DNA from: the human T2T-CHM13v2.0 reference genome, Homo sapiens | NCBI RefSeq assembly: GCF_009914755.1 | Contig: NC_060931.1 | DNA: 64,000 nt | Reading direction: 5' to 3' (one strand) | Shown: piece after piece, positions 59,370-64,000 of the stretch | Layout: each line of letters opens with the position of its first letter | Numbering within the stretch: the first letter of the stretch is position 1 | Translations under genes and position numbers: made by a program | Notes under the pieces: model-generated | The model's input: the letters and a program-made list of their open reading frames with translations, nothing else | The model's database searches: none | Told to the model about the DNA's origin: nothing

Positions 59370-59850
59370 GGAGGTTTAGCACAATGTACATAAAGCAAAC
59401 TAATTTTAGTACAACTCAGTAAATTTCTACATATGTATATGATTGTGTATATATCCACAAGATGAAAATTTAGAATGGCACCCTAAAAAATTTCCACATG
59501 CCTCTTCCTAGTCAATAACCAATCCCTTCCTTTCTAAGGGTAAGTGTTATTGTGAAATGTATCATCATCAATTAGTTTTGTCTTTTGTGAATTTCATATC
59601 AATAGAATTGCACAGTCTGAACATTTTTCTGTTATTTTCTTTTTGCCACATGAAGACTACAAGAGTCATCCATGTTGTTACACAGATAAAAAGTGTTTAC
59701 CACAAGTATACCACAATTTACCTTCTCCTAGTGATAGACATTTGGACTGTTTCCAGATTGGGGCTATTACAAATAATGCATCTATAAACATTTTCACACA
59801 AAACTTTTACAAGAAATACTAATTTTTCTTGGTTATATACATAGGCATGA
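59370..59850 (-). mobile_element. L1ME remnant (source of the 160-bp duplicate)
   Basis: Antisense L1ME motifs (gacatttggactgtttccag…ggggctattacaaataatgc). Confidence 0.7.
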
Positions 59851-59884
59851 AATTTCCAATCTCTTCTATGATAAAAAATTGAAA

Positions 59885-60440
59885 ATGATACCAGCAGAAG
59901 CCATTTCACCTCTCTGGAGATATTGCAGAAATTAATGTCACTATAAAATACTTCAAAGAAACAAGGGCAGGGATACCTATCACACTGCCATTTAACTCAC
60001 CAGTTAGACCTGTGCAGAAGGCTTATGGAATGACTATTGATTGTTATAAACTTAATCAGGTAGTGCTCCAATTGCAGCTACCCAGATGTATTGTAGCTGT
60101 CTGCTGTAACACGGTCTGCAGAGATCTTGATCATCTTGGCTTTCCACAAAACATCACACAGCTCTACCTCCAAGATGAAATGCAAGTCACTGCCCTATAC
60201 CCTCTACCACAAAAAGAGGCACTTGCTTAGGAGGCCATTTTGGATTTGGAGTGGCCATACAAGTCGTGTTTGAATTTGATGCTTTGATTTTTCTACACAC
60301 TTGTCCAAAAGACTGTTAGCTTTGAGCAGGACTAGAAAATGAGAAGCATGTGTCACTTGCTCAGCCTGCAGTACAAATTGTTCTTGTAAGTCTTGTGACT
60401 GAGCAGATCCAAAGATAATTTATGTATTTGTGGCTAAAAG
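59885..60440 (+). mobile_element. ERVL internal (pol/RT N-terminal) fragment
   Basis: Degenerate GDIAEIN…PFNSPVRPVQK…MTIDCYKLNQVV, resembling HERV-L RT (PFNSPIWPVQK…MTVDYRKLNQVV). Confidence 0.75.
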
Positions 60441-60489
60441 CAACCAAAAGAACTATCAACCAGCTTCAGTTCAGTGCCATTTACAGCGG

Positions 60490-62740
60490 ATTCTACATAA
60501 CAATAGCAGAACATTTTTCCCAAATGTACATGGAACATTTACCAATATAGGCTACAGCCTGGGCCATAAAACAGGTCTCAGCACTTTTAAAAGGATTGAA
60601 ATTATATAAAATATGTTCTTTGCCATAAAATTGAACTAGAAATGAATAAAAGAAAGAAATCTAGCATATTGGAAAATATTTGGTAATTCAGCAACAAACT
60701 TCTAAATAAGCAAGAAGCAATACAGTAAATGTAAAGACATTTGCAACTCAAAGATATTGGAAAGAAAAATATCGAAATATGGGATGTAGAACTAAAGAAG
60801 TGCTTAGAGAGAAATCTATAACATTAAATTACTGTATTCAAAAAGAAAAATGGTTTCAAATTAAGTAACTCAATAAAGAAGAGCAAATTGAATCCAAAAC
60901 AAGCAGAAGGAAGGAAATAATAAAGAAAATGTCAGTAGCTAATGAAATGAAAAGTGGACATGCAATAGAGATAATCAGTGAAACCAAAATTTGTTCTTTG
61001 AAAAAAATTCATAAAGTTGATAAACCTCTTGCAAGACTTATTAGGAAAAAATAAAAACAGAAGATCCAAATTACCAGTATAAGGAATTAAAAAGTGAACA
61101 TCACTACATATCCTACAGACATCAAAAAGATGATAAGGGAATATTATGAATGACTTTAGAACAATATATTTGACAAGTTAGATGAAATGGAAAATACCTT
61201 GAAAGACACAAACTACCAATGATCAACCTAGAAAAATAGATAAACTTAATAGTTCTACATCTTTAAAAGATATTAAAATATTAGTTTAAAGCCTTCCTAC
61301 ATAGAAAACTCCAGATCTACATCGCTTCATTGGTGAATTCTGCCAAATATTTAAGGAAGAAATAATACCAAATTAACCCAAATTCTTCCAGACAAGAGAA
61401 GAGTTGGAAACATTTTACTATTCATTTTTGAGGCCAGAATTATCCTGATAACAATACAGAGTATCTAATATCTTAATACCAGACCAAAGGCATTAGAAGA
61501 TTTTTAAAAATGCAATCAAAATTCTTATAAGCCAAACCCAGGAATATATAAAAAGGATGAAACATCAAAACCAAATTGGGGTTGTCCCAGGAATATTATC
61601 TTGGTTTAAAATTTGAAAATCAATCACTGTAAACTGTACCCACAGACTTAAAAAAAGAACTATCATCATTTCAGTAAATGCAGTAAAAGCATTTGACAAA
61701 ATTTAACACCCACACATGATAGAAACTCCAAGTAAACTAAAAATAAAAGGAAATTTCCTTAAATTTAGAAAATGGATGTACAAAAAAACTAGAGTTAACA
61801 CCATACTAATAGACAACCGACTACTTCCCCTTAAGATAGGGAAGAAGACACAGATTTCTACTTTTACCTTGTATTCAACATTGCACAGAAGAACCTAGCC
61901 AGAACAACAAGTGAGAAAGTTACTAAGATCAGTCAAATAATACAAGGTCAATATACAAAAAACCATTGTATTTCTATATGCTAACAAAAACATTGGAAAT
62001 GAAATTTATAAAACAATACAATTTACAGTAACATCAGAGAAATATTTACTCTTTAAAGATAAATGGAATAAAATATGTGCAGGATCAGTACACTGAGAGC
62101 TATAAAATATTGATGAAATTAAAGAAGTCCTGAATAAAGCAAGAGGCTGGACGTGGTGGCTCATGCCTGTAATCCCAGCACTTTGGGAGGCTGAGGCAGA
62201 AGGACCACTTAAGCCCAAGAGTTCAAGACCAGCCTGTGCAAAACCTATCTCTACAAAAAGGCAAAAACCTGTCTCTACAAAAAATACAAAAAATTAGCCA
62301 GGTGTGGTGGCACACACCTGTAGTACCTGCTACTGGGAGGCTGAGGTGGTAGGATCACCTGAGCCCAGGGAGCTCAAGGCTGCAGTGAGCCATGATCGTG
62401 CCACTGTACTCCAGCCTGGAAGACAAAGTGAGACCCTGTCTCGAGAAAATAAAACAAAATAAATCAAGAGACTGGAAGACTATGTGTTGTTAATGTGAAT
62501 TCTTCCAAATTGATCTATAAATTTAATGTAATCCCAAGAAATGTCACAGTGTTTTAGGAATTACCAAGCTAATTCTACAACATATATGGATATACAAAAA
62601 ACCTGAAATAGACAAAACAAATGTATTAAAAGAAGGACAAAGTTGGAAGACTCACACTCTCTGATTTTAAGACAGTATAAAAGTAGAAGAATCAAAAAAG
62701 TGTGACACCAGTATCAAGCTGGGTATAAAGATCAGTGGAG
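60490..62740 (+). mobile_element. Ancient L1M ORF2 remnant (interrupted by AluJ)
   Basis: Degenerate ORF2 text (aaatgcagtaaaagcatttgacaaaatt; tcttccaaattgatctataaattt). Confidence 0.8.
62145..62457 (+). mobile_element. AluJ with a small internal duplication
   Basis: J-type tgagcccaggg…aggctgcagtgagccatgatc; TSD aataaa(g/t)caaga. Confidence 0.9.
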
Positions 62741-62903
62741 CCATGGCCACAAGGAAACACCTCAGCTTCCCCTGAGTTACAGGCTGGTGGTGGAGCAGAG
62801 TTCACCTGAAAGAAATTGTGGTGCTGCTAATAAGGGCAAAACATATACGCTTGCTGGACAGGCAAATAGCCGTGTTCAGGCCACATGGGATAGCAGGAAA
62901 TGA

Positions 62904-63222
<319 letters not shown>

Positions 63223-63311
63223 TCTGAAATGACGACTTTTTTATGAAAAAAGATATTGTGGGAAGGAAGCAGTAAATGGTGGCTACAAGACAAAGCATAA
63301 GGCAGAGAGGG

Positions 63312-63811
63312 TGTGTTAGGCAGGGTTCTCCAGAGGAAGACAGCCAATAGGATGTGTGTGTGTGCATGTGTGTGACAGAAAGAGGGAGTGTGTGTGTGTG
63401 TGTGTGCACGTGTGTGTGTGCATAGAGAGAGAGGAACTGGCTTCCACAATATGGATCTGGCAAGTCAAGTTTATAGAGCAGGCCAGCAGGCTGGAAATTC
63501 ACCAAGAGTTGATGTTGCAGTCTTGAGTCTAAATTCTGCAGAGCAACAGGCTGGAAACTCAGGCAAGATTTTTATGTTGTAGTCTGGAGACAACATTCCT
63601 CTTCCTGGGGTACCACAGCCTTTTCTCTTACGGCCTTCGACTGATTGGATGAGGTCCACCACATTATGGAAGGTCATCAGCTTTACTCAAAGTCTACTGA
63701 TTAAAATCTTAATCTCCTCTAAAAAATACCTTCACAGCAACATCTAGACAGGTGTTAAAACAACTGGAGATCATAGCCTAGACAAGGTGGCACATAAAAC
63801 CAACCATCACA
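63312..63811 (-). mobile_element. MLT2C/D-type ERVL solo LTR with (TG)n tract
   Basis: cagggttctccagag…ctgattggatgagg…ccaaccatcaca; TSD gaggg/gagga. Confidence 0.85.
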
Positions 63812-64000
63812 GAGGACAGATGGAGTTGGAAATCCTGATGATGGTAAATTTTATTGTTCTTTCTGAGCTTGGGAACACTAATGGGGAGTGGAAGAGCAAT
63901 GGCACAAGTTGAGTTTGTAATCGACTATAACACAATGTGGTGCCTTAATTAGCCTTTAATCATGAATAAGGAATGACTTCAGGATAAGAGAAATGTTGGA

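Overview
Primate (most likely human or great ape) nuclear DNA, judged from AluJ/S/Y, L1PA, THE1/MST/MLT and MER1 repeats. The window is intergenic or intronic and dominated by transposable-element remnants. I found no host protein-coding gene, CpG island or RNA gene that I can confidently recognise, and almost all short ORFs in the track are chance ORFs or repeat-derived. The main elements are a full-length but inactivated L1PA4/5-type LINE-1 (15073-21213) nested with Alus and an LTR inside an ancient L1M, a full-length THE1 nested in an MLT2 LTR, a full-length MST, and a 5-copy ~106-bp VNTR. I cannot support a claim of a new biological system. The most interesting signals read directly from the sequence are: (1) a twin-primed L1 insertion carrying a ~415-bp 3' transduction of unique DNA inside a 16-bp TSD (58136-58723); (2) a 120-bp, 94%-identical inverted repeat that I cannot assign to a TE (7295-7414 / 8736-8855), abutting a perfect PAR-bZIP palindrome and a candidate exon; (3) a 160-bp local templated insertion copied from 4.4 kb away into the MST element; (4) an open L1 ORF0 that reads through the L1 5' end to 195 aa; (5) an L1 and an Alu sharing one target site that is present three times. 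Repeat subfamily names come from remembered consensus features, and boundaries of old repeats are approximate.
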